The notes under the pieces were generated by a model. The model saw only the letters and a list, made by a program, of their open reading frames with translations, was not told the origin of the DNA and did no database searches. The position numbers and the translations under genes are program-made. DNA of 64,000 nucleotides, taken from Mustelus asterias. Taxonomy: Eukaryota. This document shows, piece by piece, positions 38,312 to 51,726 of this stretch; the first letter of the stretch is position 1; every line of letters starts with the position of its first letter. The stretch is taken from the NCBI RefSeq assembly GCF_964213995.1, contig NC_135806.1, positions 53,382,001 to 53,446,000 on the forward strand, read 5' to 3'.

Positions 38312-39344
38312 GTTACCCATTATTTCCTTATTGCAGCCTTATTTGCATTGGCACAACTGACAAAAGTTCAAAAATCACCTGATTCTGCTTTGTTCCTGAT
38401 TTTAGTTTTTTTTTTCCTCTGCAGGCTCTTCACCGGAAGCCCTGGCACTCTGTTCATAGCTAATATTCACACTGCTCGGTTCTTCATGGACTTGAAGGAA
38501 TTGCCAGTGTTCTCTCCGGCAGATTCAGAGGAGAGATCCAGGCCAGTAGCTTTGTCAACTTTTTTGATGTCTCTGGCCCCCTCTTTCACATAACAAAATG
38601 ATCTATATCTACAATTGGCTTAACCGAAAACGGAAGGATGCTTGGCACCAAGGGTGGCGTACAGGGTACGTTGACTTGTTCATTCTTGCCTCGTGGTCAA
38701 ACACTGTACTGCAGTGAGTATTTACCCAGAGAGAATATGGAAAAAAGATCAGGTGATCTTTGGCGATCCAGTTTTGAATATCCCATCAGTCACCCACAGG
38801 TCACAACCAAACGATGTCTGTATAAAAGCATTTCCCCTAGTTTTACTAATTATGTGCAACAGTGCGGGCACATCTTTTGAAACACCGAATGCATGCTGTC
38901 TTTTCCCTTTTCAAACTGGACATAAGACAGTCTATTATTGTTGCAAGAAACTAGGCAGCGAATTAAAAGTCAATACCACCTCACTTGCAAGGAAATAATT
39001 TTAGTCCTCAGTTACTAACCCATAGGTTACACTGCAAACTGCGATCATGAACGGAAGTGGGATTGGGAGTTTAATTAATGCTATAAAGTGTAACTATGTG
39101 CTTCACAGGAGTACTTGAAGCATTTGGCAACTGTTCAGACAGGCCAGCTTATGTCTAAGCTTCACATTTTTTGGCCTGCAAATTACAAATGAAACTATAT
39201 GAGAACAGTCATGCAACAATTCATGCTTCAACCTTTAAATCAATCAATGGAACATATAACAGAATTCAGTTAAAAAGAATCAACATAAATTTAACCCATC
39301 CTTGTCTTGCATGAAGATTTGTGTTTTATGGCACATTAGCACTA

Positions 39345-39710
39345 GTTACATAGAAACTAGAAGCAGGAGCAGACCATTTGGCCCTTTGAGCCTGCTCTGC
39401 CATTCATGTTCATCATCAAATTCAATACCCTGATTTCACCTTCCCCCATATCCCTTGATTCCTTTAGCCCAAGAGGTATATCTAATTCTCTCTCGAAAGC
39501 GCACAATGCTTTGTCCTCAACTACCGACTGTGGGAGTGAATTACATAGATTCACCACTTGGTGTGAAAATATTTCTCATCTCATTCCTAAAAGATTTACC
39601 CCTTATCCTCAAAATATGACCCCGAGTTCTGGGCTCACCCACCATAGGGAACATTCTTCCTGAATCTACCCTGTTTAATCTTGTTAGAATTTTATAAGTT
39701 TCTGTGAGTA
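39345..39710 (-). mobile_element. CR1 3' end fragment
   Basis: MVNLCNSLPQSVVE..FERELD remnant and a CR1 tail. Confidence 0.7.
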
Positions 39711-40124
39711 CTGGGGAGATAGAATCTATTCAGTGAAGATGGACAATATGCTTCTTTAACATTGCGCCAACTAAAAATATGTTGAGCAGAAAAATAAAAT
39801 CCTGTGTGGTCAGGAGTACTCCTCCTCCAACTCCACATATTGGCAATCTGCCAAGCACCTTCCTGTTTCCAATAGAACACCTTCCTTGATCCCGAATCCA
39901 ATTTGTTGTGGGATCAGCTGGCCAAAGGAGGCCTGACAGGTGCTGGCAGCTTGCCCAGAAGATGTAAATAAAAGGAAGGCCCAATTTCAGGATGACTTCA
40001 AGCCTCTCCGAGAGAGTGCTGGTGCTGAGTCAGTGAGGAGATGTCGGCGTTGGACTGGGGTAAATACAGTGAGAAGTTTAACAACACCAGGTTAAAGTCC
40101 AACAGGTTTATTTGGTAGCAAATG

Positions 40125-40161
40125 CCACGAGCTTTCGGAGCACTGCCCCTTCGTCAGGTGG
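40125..40161 (-). ncRNA. Minimal hammerhead ribozyme, intact core
   Basis: Minus strand reads CCAC-CTGACGA-A-GGGGC-agt-GCTCC-GAAA-GC-TC-GTGG. Confidence 0.85.
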
Positions 40162-40349
40162 AGTGGAGAAATGCTCACCAACAGGGCATACACAGAGACA
40201 CAAACTCAATTTACAGAATAATGATTGGAATGCAGTCTTTACAGATAATCAAGTCTTAAAGGTACAAACAATGTGAGTGGAGAGAGCATTAAGCACAGGT
40301 TAAAGAGATGTGTGTGTCTCTGTATGCCGTTTGTGAGCAGATCCCCACT

Positions 40350-40386
40350 CCACCTGACGAAGGGGCAGCGCTCCGAAAGCTAGTGG
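40350..40386 (+). ncRNA. Minimal hammerhead ribozyme, intact core
   Basis: CCAC-CTGACGA-A-GGGGC-agc-GCTCC-GAAA-GC-TA-GTGG. Confidence 0.85.
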
Positions 40387-41259
40387 CACTTCTACCAAAT
40401 AAACCTGTTGGACTTTAACCTGGTGTTGTTAAACTTCTTGCTGAGTCACAGGTCCAGACTAATTTTTACCCTTTTGTGCACATACTGGTGTCAGAGTTTA
40501 CTTATACAACAATAAGTACACTCAAGTACTTTGAGGCATCCTGAGGTTGCAAAGACTTCTCCACAATGCAAGCTCCAGCTTTCTATTTAGTAAATATACT
40601 GACAATTTTTCTGCAAATCTGTAAAAGATACAGTTACTTCTTTCTAATGAAGCACATTTCCACTGCAGTCACCTCTCCGCACTCCATCTTTCCTGCTCAC
40701 TACCAACTTCACATTGCAGAGAAGGTAGAGCTTGTTCTACAACCATTGATATTTCCAAACCAAAGATTTTCTCGGCCTGCTTGTAGGGAAGGTACTTAGT
40801 TTCTGCCCAGTGTCTCTCCACAGAAAACCAATGGCCTAGATTTATTCTCCCTGGCTGGATGTGCAAAGATGGGGGAATTCCTGGCTCCACATGCCAGGCC
40901 GTTTTTTTAAAGAAGGCTGCCTAGGCATTGGAATTTTGGTTCGGGAACGCGCTGGATTAGAAGTCCGGGTGGGCGACCCAGGAAAAACAGAGGAAGATGC
41001 TGAGTGGAGCTGTTCGGAAGGCTCCAATACTATGTCCAAATTTTTTAAATAAGGATTAAAACATGAAGCATCACTCCAACCCCTCACCCACACACTCCTC
41101 ATGCCCCAACCATGCCCCCCTCATACCGCACAACACCCCATGCCAAGCTATATCCACCTTCATTCCACATGGGTCCTTATGCCCTCCATGCAAATTTCTG
41201 CCCCTCAAAAAAGAGGGGAGGTCAACCTGGAGACAGGAACCTTAAAAAGAGCAACAAGA

Positions 41260-41820
41260 ATTTGATTTGATTTATTGTCACATGTATTAACATAGTGAAA
41301 AGTATTGTTTCTTGCGTGCTATACAGACAAAACATACCGTTCATAGAGAAGGAGAGAGTGCAGAATATAGTGCTACAGTCATAGCTAGGGTGTAGAGAAA
41401 GATCAACTTAATGCAAGGCAAGCCCATTCAAAAGTCTGACAGCAGCAGGGAAGAAGCTGTTCTTGAGTTGGTTGGTACGCGGCCTCAGACTTTTGTACCT
41501 TTTTCCAGATGGAAGAAGGTGGGAGAGAGAATGTCCAGGGTGCGCGGGGTCCTTAATTATGCTGACTGCTTTGCTGAGGCAGTGGGAAGTGTAGACAGAG
41601 TCAATGGATGGGAGGCTGGTTTATGTGCTGGATTGGGCTACTTCACGACCTTTTGTAGTTCCTTGCGGTCTTGGGCAGAGCAGGAGCCATGCCAAGCTGT
41701 GATACAACCAGAAAGAATCCTTTCTATGGTGCATCTGTAAAATTGGAGAGAGTCATGGCTGTCATGCCAAATTTCCTTAGTCTTCTGAGAAAGTAGACGC
41801 GTTGGTGGGCTTTCTTAGCC
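41260..41820 (-). mobile_element. Rex1/Babar 3' fragment
   Basis: KKAHQRVYFLRRLRKFGM and the same 3' UTR/tail as 7483-8050. Confidence 0.85.
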
Positions 41821-42282
41821 AAAAAAAAGAGAAAAATGCTGGAAAATCTCGGCAGGTCTGACGGCATGGAAAAATCGACAATCTCATTGAAACCTACAAA
41901 ATTTTGAAGAGGTTTGATATGCTGGATGCTGAGAGGCTGTTTCTGTTGATCAGGCAAAGTCTCAGGGTATGGGGCCAATCGTTTAGGGCTGCGAGGAGAA
42001 ATTACTTCACTCAAAGGGTTGTGAATCTTTGACATTTTCTACCCCAGAGGGTTGTGAACGCTCGATTGCTGAATTCAGTGATGGGATGGACAGACATTTA
42101 GTCTCTCAGGGGATTAAGGGATATGGGAAACAGGCAAGAAGAGAGAATTGAAGTCCAAGATCAGCCATGATCATACTGACTTTTTAAAATTCATTCGTGA
42201 ACATGGACGTCGCTGTCAGGGCAGCATTTATTGCCCATTCCTAAATACATTGGACAGGCAGAGGAGACTTGACAGGTCGGTT

Positions 42283-42355
42283 GTTTCTGCAGTGTAGTGG
42301 TTATCAAGTTCACCTCACGTGCAAAAGGTCCCTGGTTCGAGACCGAACAGAAACA
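42283..42355 (+). pseudogene. tRNA-Val(CAC) pseudogene
   Basis: 73 nt colinear with vertebrate tRNA-Val-CAC as recalled (about 12 differences). Acceptor stem GTTTCTG/CAGAAAC pairs, but the anticodon and T stems are broken. Confidence 0.85.
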
Positions 42356-42496
42356 TTATCAAGAACTCCCTCATTTTGGGTGGCACAGGAGCTAGCTCTG
42401 CTTCCTCAGAGTGCCAGGGGCCTGGGTTCTATTCCCAGCCTGCGTCACTGTCTGTGTGGAGTTTGCATGTTCTCCCCGCGTCTGCGTGGGTTTCCT

Positions 42497-42533
42497 CCAT
42501 CTGACGAAGGAGCAGCGCTCCGAAAGCTAGTGG
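42497..42533 (+). ncRNA. Minimal hammerhead ribozyme in a Penelope fragment (42497-42590)
   Basis: CCAT-CTGACGA-A-GGAGC-agc-GCTCC-GAAA-GC-TA-GTGG (one G:U pair in stem I). Confidence 0.8.
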
Positions 42534-42608
42534 CGTTTGCTACCAAATAAACCTGTTGGACTATAACCTGGTGTTGTTAGACCCCTCACTGGGTTTCCTC
42601 CCACAGTC

Positions 42609-44590
42609 ATAGAATCAGAGGTTTACAGCATGGAAACAGGCCCTTCGGCCCAACTTATCCATGCCGCACTTTTTTTGTTAATACCCCTAAGCTAATCCCA
42701 ATTGTCTGCATTTGGCCCACACCCCTCTATACCCATCGTACCCATGTAACTATCCAAATGCTTTTTAAAAAACAAAATTGTACCCGCCTCTACCACTACC
42801 TCTGGCAGCTTGTTCCAGACACTCACCACCCTGTGTGTGAAAAAATTGCCCCTCTGGACACTTTTGTATCTCTCCCCTCTCACCTTAAACCTATGCCCTC
42901 TAGTTTTAGACTCCCCTGCCTTTGGGAAAAGATATTGACTATCTAGCTGATCTGTGCCCCTCATTATTTTATAGACCTCTACAAGATCATCCCTCAGCCT
43001 CCTACGCTCCAGAGAAAAAAGTCCCAGTCTATCCAGCCTCTCCTTATAACTCAATCCATCAAGTCCCGGTAGCATCCTAGTAAATCTTTCCTGCACTCTT
43101 TCTAGTTTAATAATCTACTTTCTATAATAAGGTGACCAGAATTGCACACAGTATTCCAAGTGTGACTTTGCCAATGTCTTGTACAACTTCAACAAGACAT
43201 CCCAACTCCTGTATTCAATGTTCTGACCAATGAAACCAAGCATGCCTAATGCCTCCTTCACCACTCTGTCCACCTGTGACTCCACTTTCAAGGAGCTATG
43301 AACATGTACCCCTCGATCTCTTTGTTCTGTAACTCTCCCCAACGCTCTACCATTAACTGAGTAAGTCCTGCCCTGGTTCAATCTACCAAAATGCATCACC
43401 TCGCATTTGTCTAAATTAAACTCCATCTGCCATTCGTCAGCCCACTGGCCCAATTGATCAAGATCTTGTTGCAATTGGCGATAACTTTCTTCACTGTCCA
43501 CAATGCCACCAATCTTGATGTCATCTGCAAACTTACTAACCATGCCTCCTATATTCTCATCCAAATCATTAATATAAATGACAAATAACAGTGGACCCAG
43601 CACTGATCCCTGAGGCACACCGCTGGTCACAGGCCTCCAGTTTGAAAAACAACTCTCTACAACCACCCTCTGGCTTCTGTCAAGAAGCCAATTTTGTATC
43701 CAATTGGCTACCTCACCCTGGATCCCGTGAGATTTAACCTTATGCAACAACCTACCATGCAGTACCTTGTCAATGGCCTTGCTAAAGTCCATGTAGACAA
43801 CATCAACTGCACTGCCCTCATTTACCTTCTTGGTTACCCCTTCAAAAAACTCAATTAAATTTGTGAGACGTGATTTTCCACTCACAAAGCCATGCTGCCT
43901 GTCCCTAATCAGTCCTTGCATCTCTAAATGCCTGTAGATCCTGTCTCTCAAAATACCTTCCAACAATTTACCCACCACAGATGTGAGGCTCACTGGCCTG
44001 TAGTTCCCAGGCTTTTCCCTGTAGACCTTTTTAAACAAAGGCACAACATTTGCCACTCTCCAATCTTCAGGCACCTCACCCGTGACTATCGATGATTCAA
44101 TTATCTCAGCTAGGGGACCAGCAATTTCCTCCCTAGCCTCCCACAATGTCCTGGGATACACTTCATCAGGTCCCAGGGATTTATCTACCTTGATGCGCTT
44201 TAAATCTTCCAGCACCTCCTCCTCTGTAATATATACACTCCTCAAGACATCACTATTTATTTCCCCAAGTTCTCTAACATCCATGCTTTTCTCAACAGTA
44301 AATACTGATGAGAAATATTCATTTAGGATCTCACCGATCCCTTGTGGATCCACATATAGATGACCTTGTTGATCTTTAAGAGGCCCTACTCTCTTCTCTC
44401 CCTTGTTACTCTTTTGCCCTTTATGTATTTGTAGAAGCTCTTTGGATTCTCCTTTGCCTTATCTGCCAAAACAATCTCGTGTCCCCTTTTTGTCCTCCTG
44501 ATTTCTCACTTAACTCTACTCCTACACCCTCTATACTCTTCAAGGGATTCACTTGATCCCAGCTGCCTATGCATGTCTTGTGCCTCTTAC
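42609..44590 (-). mobile_element. CR1 LINE, 5'-truncated (RT part of ORF2)
   Basis: ORFs 43115-44353 and 42692-43096 with NYRPVSL, GVPQGSVLGP and FADD; CR1 tail at 42609-42660. Confidence 0.92.
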
Positions 44591-44869
44591 TGCCTCAGTA
44601 CAAAAGACGTGCTGGCAAGATACATTGGCCATGCTTTCCCTTAGTGTACTCGAACAGGCGCCAGAGTGTGGCAACTAGGGAATTTTCACAGTCACTTCAT
44701 TGCAGTGTTAATGTAAGCCGACTTGTGACACTAATAAATGAACTTAAACATGGTCTAGTTCTACTCCCATTTATTATACTGCCTTTCAAAACTCAGGTAA
44801 TTGTAAGGTTTTCTTAGTATCAAGGTTTACTGATATCAGATTGGCAGTGAGTATTTCCGATTTACTTCA

Positions 44870-45005
44870 GAAATCTCAACACCAGGTTAGAAGGAGCAGT
44901 GCTCCGAAAGCTCGTGTTTCCAAATAAACCTGTTGGACTTTAATCTGGTGTTGCGAGACTTCTTACTGTGCCCACCCCAGTCAAACACCAGCATCTCCAC
45001 ATCCT
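44870..45005 (+). mobile_element. Penelope family 1 fragment, hammerhead 5'-truncated
   Basis: gaaggagcagtgctccGAAAgctcgtg plus pLTR tail; direct repeat gatttacttca at 44859-44869 and 45006-45016. Confidence 0.8.
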
Positions 45006-45099
45006 GATTTACTTCAACTACAGAACATCAACTGGGAGGGGTGAAATATTTATTGAAGAATAAGCGCAGGCAAGACTAGAGACTTTAATTAGAATTTTT

Positions 45100-47495
45100 A
45101 CAGGGCGGGTGATGTGTGGCAGCTGCAGATGCGGGAGCTTGTACACATCAGTGTTACTCCACACGATGTCTGCAATAAGTTTCCTCCAGCTGTAGGCACT
45201 CAGCTCAGAGTCACTGAGCTGGAGGCTGAGCTGCAGACACTGCAACACATTCAGTGGGAAAAAGTTACCTCTGGGTACTTGGTTCCAGGAGACGGTTACA
45301 CCCCTTTGGATAGGGTCGTCTGATTAGGCCCATGGCCAGGATCAGGAGAATACGGCTGCAAGCGAGGCAGATATGGGAATCAAGGAGGCAGAAATTGAGG
45401 AGCCTCAACCCATGTAATGGTCCAACACATTCAAGCAACCTGCAAGGATGAAACTGGCGGCTGCAGGGTGGATAAGCAAACTCATCATGGCACTGGAAGC
45501 CATTCAAGTAGGGGTAGTTAATGGGAATGTCGTGTAGCAGGGGACAGTACAGTCAGGAAGATAGGACACTGTTCTCTGCAGCCAAGAACAATAGACCAGA
45601 AGGCCGTGTTTCCTGCCAGGTACTCAGGTTCAAGACATCTGCTCAGGGCCGAAGAGAAACTTGCAGGAGGATCCAGATGTCGTGGTCCATGAAGGTACCA
45701 ATGATCTAGGCAGAACTATGAAAGAAGTTCTGCTGAGAGAATATGAGCAGGTAGGGGTCAAACTAAAAAGCAGAACCTTAAGGAGGGAATAATTTCTTAT
45801 TAGTCGAGCCACAATCAAATGGGAGTAGGGTAAATTAAATTAGGTGTTAAATGCGTGGCTCAATGATTCGTGTGGGAGAAACGGGTTTCAATTCATGGGG
45901 CACTGGCACCAGTAATGGGGAAATTGTGAGTTGTCTTCACCCGAACAGTATTCTGGTGAGTCATATAGCTGGGGCAATAGGGCTTTTAAACTAAATAGCA
46001 TGGGTGACAAATCTAGTGAGGGAAGATGAGAGAAATTAAAGAGAGGATAAGGCAAGAAGCAAGGAAAGGTGATCCAACCATGGCCAACAAGAATTATTTT
46101 AGATCAAAGGAAGAGGCTTAAGGTTGCTTTAAAAAGTAGCAAGCGGTAGGATTGGAAGCATTTTAGAACTCAGCAAAAAGGGGATCAAGAAACTGAAAGA
46201 GAAAAAATGGAACATGAAATGAGCCTGGCAAGAAGCAAAAGACTAAAATTTTCTATAAGTAAAAAGGAAAAGATTAGTAAGACAAATGTGGGCTCAATAC
46301 AGGCAGATACAGGAGAATTTATCTTGGGGAACAAGGAAAGAGAGAAAGAAAACAAATCCTTTTGTTGCTGTCTTCACAGAGGAAGATAAAAGTTTAAAGT
46401 TCATTTATTAGTCACAAGTAAGGCTTGCATTAACACTGCAATGAAGGTACTGTGAAAATCCTCTAGTCGCCACACTTCTGCGCCTGTTCGGGTCAATGCA
46501 CCTAATCAGAACAACAGGATACAAAACACCCCTTAAGGCCACTAGAGAACCAAGGGACTAGTGAGAATGAGGAACTGAAATAAATTAGTATTAGTAATAA
46601 AGGTAGTACTGAAATTTGATAAATGTCCCAGAAGTGATGATCTACATCCCAGAGTGTAGAGAGATAGCAGTGTGCTGGTGGTCATCTTCTCGAACTCGAT
46701 AGATGCTGGAAGTTCCTGCAGATTGGAAGGAAGCAAATGTAACCCCACTATTTAAGAAGTTTAAGTTAAGTTTATTTATTTGTGCCACAATTAGGCTCAC
46801 ATTAGCACCAATGAAGTTACTGTGAAAATCGCCTAGTCGCCACACTCCGGCATCTGTTCAGGTACATTGAAGGAGAATTTAGCATGGCCAATGCACGTAA
46901 CCAGCACGTCTTCCGGATTGTGGAACGAAACCGGAGCACCCGGAGGAAACACACGCAGACATGGGGAAAATGTGCAGACTTCTCACAGACAGTGACCCAA
47001 TCTGGGAATTGAACCTGGCTCCCTGACACCAAGAGGTAGCAATGCTAACCACTAGAATGGAGGGAGAGAGAAGAAACAGGGGACTACAGACCTATCAGCC
47101 TGACATCAGTACTAGAGAAAATGCTAGAATCTGTTATATATCAGGAATGTGATAAGAGGACACTTGGAAAATATTAGTAGGATTGGGCAGAGCCAATATG
47201 GATTTCTGAACGGGAAATAATGTTCAACAAATCTGTAGTGTTCGGAGAATGTAACTAGCAGAGTGGACAATGGAAATCAGCAGATGTGGTGTTTTTGGAT
47301 TTTCAGAAAACTATAAGATCCCATACAGGAGAACAAAATTATAGCACATGGGATTGGAGGTAATACACTAGCATGGAGGATTAGCAAGTGGACAGAAAAC
47401 AGTAGGAATACAGAGGTAGAAATTGGGCCATGAGAGTGTTGAATGGTAGGCCAGGATTATGGGGCCAGATGGCCTACTCCTGTTCTACTTCCTAT
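45100..47495 (+). mobile_element. Old degraded CR1 with two minus-strand V-SINE insertions (about 46390-46505 and 46760-47053)
   Basis: ORF1 CxxC/zipper remnant (QLRVTELEAELQTL), esterase remnants, tttaaactaa junction at 45985, RT remnants and tail. Confidence 0.65.
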
Positions 47496-48864
47496 GTCCC
47501 ACCCATCCCCATGGCTCTCATTCCCCTCCAAGCCAACCTATGCCCATGTGTCCCCAATGGCACTTTATAGCCCCTATATCAATTTAGTGCAAATTCATAC
47601 TAACATGCCACCTTTTACCCTTAGACCTACCTTGCCTAATCACCCAGTTTCAACCATGAGCAGACCTCTGGACTGATAGGGAAGTGAGATAAATAAAGTC
47701 CAAAACAAAGTTCAAGGTGTCTATTGCGAACTTCACCATATTGAAAAAATACTCAAAAACATTTACAGTAACATTCCTTCAACTATATAAAGCCTTATGC
47801 ATCTAATTCAGGTAAACAATCCCTTATAATAATGAGCATTGTCATTCATTCGCAAAGAGTTTATCACCACTCACAGCTATCTAACTAAAATGCTCCGCAC
47901 CTTACTTTGGTTGTGAAATCAGCCACACAGCACTAATCTACAATGGAAACTCTGGGGATTATGTTAACAGAGTGAAATAGTAAGCATTTTTTTTTTTAAA
48001 TGGACTCTCCACAGTTTTTAAAGATTTAAAGGGTAGGACTGTGATTCTGAGTTTTGACAAGTTATTCAAAATTTAATTTTCCATTTTAAAATCAATGCAA
48101 AACATTTTCCATTATTCAGCTTTCTCTTTCATGTCCCCTTTGTTCAATATTGAATTTAGGAAGCAACAATTGTATTTTTTACATTAAAAAGAAACTACAT
48201 TTCATCTGCTTTGGTTCTGCACAATCACATGGTTTGAGAAATCCAAACCCCAATTTACACTCAATTCTTACACATTGCAGGAAAATTGAAAGCTTAATCA
48301 ATCTGGGCTACTTCTCATTTGTAACATAGAGATAGAAAAATGGGTGTGCAAGCCTTCGTGTTTCTTTTAAACCTTTGAGAAAGTGCACAGTGCAGGGGGA
48401 TTACAAAAGGTAAACGCGATGGGAGAACATTTTGAAAAAGGAAAATTCTACCACTGATAGCCGAGCTTATTCAGGGAACTTGACTCATTATTATTTGATA
48501 CATACTCACCTAAATCTCTTTTATATTGATCCTACTTAATCAAGCTGCTTTTATACTATCCAAAAGCATGGGTTGACCCAGTTGCTAGCCTCAAATTGGA
48601 TAGTGGCATAGTGACTATGTTACTGGGCTAGTAATCTAGAGGCCTGGACACAAGTTCAAATCCCACTCTGGCAACAGGACTAGCTAATCTCAGTAATGGT
48701 GATCATGCAACTAACTACCAGGCTATCGTTGAAAATACAACTGATGCCTTTAGGAAAGGAAATCTGCTGTCCTCACCTGGTTTGGCTTGCATGCGATTAT
48801 AGCACACAACAATGTGATTTTGATTCTTTACTGCCCTCTGAAATGACTTCTCAAACCACGCATA

Positions 48865-49160
48865 TCATAGAATCTACACTGCAGGAGGCCGCCATTCGAC
48901 CCATCAAGTTTGCACTGATCACAATTCCACGCAAGCCCTATTCTCATAACCCTTCATATTTACCCTGTTAATTCCCGTGACACGAGGGTAAAATTTAGCA
49001 TGGCCTATCAACCCAACCCACACATCTTTGGACTGCGGGAGGAAACTGGACCACCCAGAAGAAACACATGCATACATGGAAGCATGTGCAAACTCCACAT
49101 AGACATTGAACCGGGGTCCCTGACATTGTGAGGCAGCAGTGCTAACCACTGTGCCACCCA
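48865..49160 (-). mobile_element. HE1 V-SINE inserted in a tRNA-SINE
   Basis: Reverse complement of the HE1 head and V domain. Confidence 0.8.
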
Positions 49161-49929
49161 AACCTATCTGAACTGCTCATGACAAGTTGCAGCAGTTCAA
49201 GGAAGTAGCCCCCCACCATCAAGGTCAAGTAGTGGTGGACATAAATGCCAGTGACACCCATATCCCACGAATGAATACATTTTTTAAAAATCCTGGCAGG
49301 TTTGTTTTTGGATTGCAGCAAGCTGGGGTTGGGAATGTACTGTATGTACTAGCACTGGTATTGCACAGTCCAAAAATATAACATTGTATACCTTGAGTCT
49401 AATCAGAGGATGGTCATTAATGCTAGAGATTTTCTAACTCTCGACTCTTAATGGTCTGTTTATGTCAGTGTAATTCTACACCAACTTACTCAATACGGCA
49501 TTAAAAATCACAGGGACCAAATTACTTCGGGAGATAGCAGTATTCAATTCTCAGAAGCGTGATATTAAACAAAGAATGCTCTTACCTCTTGCTTGCTACT
49601 GCTTTTCCTGTGTACTCAGGAACAGTGACCACATTAAATTACAAATGTGCGAAAATTGATTGTTTGCCGAAGAAAATGCACAGCCACTATTTAATTTCCC
49701 AGTGAATGCATTGCATTTTCAACGTTATAAAACAAAATCTCCCTCCCAGCTTCAAGTGCCACCTATAGAATTAACGCATTTAAAACAAATGCAAAGCATT
49801 CTCTCTTATTCAGTTTCCTCTTTCTTTCCATATCCCCTTAAATATGTACATTAAATATCATATTTTTGCTTTGTGAAAGTTAGACACACTCTTCTATTGC
49901 TTAACCAATTTCATTGATATTTTTGTGAC

Positions 49930-50500
49930 GTCCACAAGGCACTGGACCAAAAGCATGGTTGAAGTGACAGGTTTTAAGGGGTACCTTACGAGATCGAGAC
50001 ACATAAGGATGAAGTGCCAGAGCTTGCGGCCTGGTTAACCAAAGGCGCAGCCACCAATAGCAGAGCAATCAAAATCAAGGATGCACAAGAGGTCAAAATT
50101 AGAGCACAGATATTCCAAGAGGTCTGTGGGGCTGGAGGAGATGACAGAGCTTGTAAAGGGTGGTGCAATGAAGGGTTTAGAAATCAAAGATAGTGATTTA
50201 AAATCAAGATGTTGAGATGCTGGCATTGGACTGGGGTGGGCACAGTAAGAAGTCTTATAACACCAGGTTAAAGTCTAACAGGACTCCGAAAGCTCGCGGA
50301 CTCCCCTGATGAAGGATCAGTGCTCCAAAAGCTCATGATTCCATTTAAAATCAAGACACTGCTTGACTGAGGGCCACATAAAAACATGAGCACAGGCGTG
50401 ATGGGGAATTGTCACTGCAGCTTTGGATAACCTCTAGCTTATGGAGGGTAGAATGTTGGAGACCAGCCAGGATTGCGGGGTTGGAATAGTCAAGTCTAAA
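49930..50500 (-). mobile_element. L2-like LINE 3' remnant containing a Penelope fragment (50210-50342)
   Basis: HALITFRLDYSN..LAGL..TLHKLEVIQ (L2 C-terminal region). The Penelope piece is flanked by atttaaaatcaaga at 50196-50209 and 50343-50356. Confidence 0.65.
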
Positions 50501-51726
50501 GGTAATAAGGGCATGAAAACAGAAGGGAGCTTTCAAAAGCAAATCTCAACCATTTGCACTCTTAGAATTCAACACTATCGTCTGGTGCCATTTCAGAATC
50601 CAGGCAACAGTCTTCTGATCACATAGAATAGTTTTAGAAAAGGAGGGTAAAAGGCTAAAATTCTTGTTTATTGGAGTGCCCTTCTCGATCTATAAATTGG
50701 TTTAAACGGAAAACTATGTCCTCACCAGATTTATGAGCCATGATGAATTAGCTCATAGAAGAATGATGTGTTGCTTTAATGTAACTCAGGCACAGATTTG
50801 TTTGCAGTGTTGAAGGTTTCATAAAGTTGGTGGTTTGGAATGAAGAACGAAACAGGCTCACAATGGCTGGTGAAATCTTAATGAGAAGCATTGCTTAGAT
50901 TCCCCAGAAGTGAACTTCTGAGGTTCAAGTCACAGTGCTGGTAATATCACAGCCTGTAATAAACAACTGTGTTCCTGGTTACCCACTGTGTGTTACAAGC
51001 TTTGGTGGCTACAGTAAGCTGAATTAGTACATTATCAAAAGTCACAATGTCCCATGCAACCTTTACTCTTCAACTTGAACATTAGTTTGGTAATGTTCAG
51101 GATGTTATAATTGCAGACAAAATGTATTATTTCAACACAATGAGCAAACTACCTGATACAGATTCTGTCAATTCTAGTCCTCTTTTGCTCCAAGAAAAAC
51201 ATATGGAGTTCAATGATTTTCTTCACAGGTTTTTATATTTTAAACTAGTGTCTTTTAATTGGATCTTTGAGTTAATAAACTATATATCTAAAACATTTTC
51301 AAATTGGAAGAAACAAGGCTGGAAACATTAAGAAATATTCTTTAATTTCAAAATTTCCCAGCAGATGCCATTTTAATAGGATATATTTTTAGAATCTGTT
51401 TCCGTTCAAGTGACTCCTGTGGCATTATAGTATTTTGCAATGACTTTTTTTTTTAATGAACTTGAGTGTTCAAATCCATGAAGAGGCTTTCAGTGGTTTG
51501 ATATTAAATCCCCAAAGTATTTAATGGCATAAAGCATGGCTTCGTACTGAGATCTGCGGATGGTATCCAAATCCCCAAAGGAGAGAATGTTAAAACTGTG
51601 TCATGCCACAGGGGATCACTGGCATCAAGCCTTCCCCAACCAGATAGCAATGGTCTCTTTACTACTGTGTAATTTAATCTATTGACAAGCAATTCAAATG
51701 AATTCATTCAATCAGCAACTGGTCTT

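Larger units (their letters stand above)
40033..40438. mobile_element. Penelope-like family 1 insertion: two pLTRs in inverted orientation
   Basis: Minus-strand pLTR at about 40035-40310 and plus-strand pLTR at about 40312-40438. Direct repeat tgctgagtca at 40023-40032 and 40439-40448. Confidence 0.85.
42378..44747 (+). mobile_element. HE1-type V-SINE split by nested Penelope and CR1 insertions
   Basis: Head and V domain at 42378-42496; resumes at 42591-42608; rest with Rex1-like tail at 44596-44747. Confidence 0.75.

Noticed and set aside
38285-38998. Possible host exons or ORFs after the mini-LTR element
   Set aside because: Splice-like signals exist, but all frames checked stop early and no protein family is recognisable.
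42283-42355. Functional tRNA-Val gene
   Set aside because: U8 is changed, and the anticodon stem and T stem each have two mismatches.
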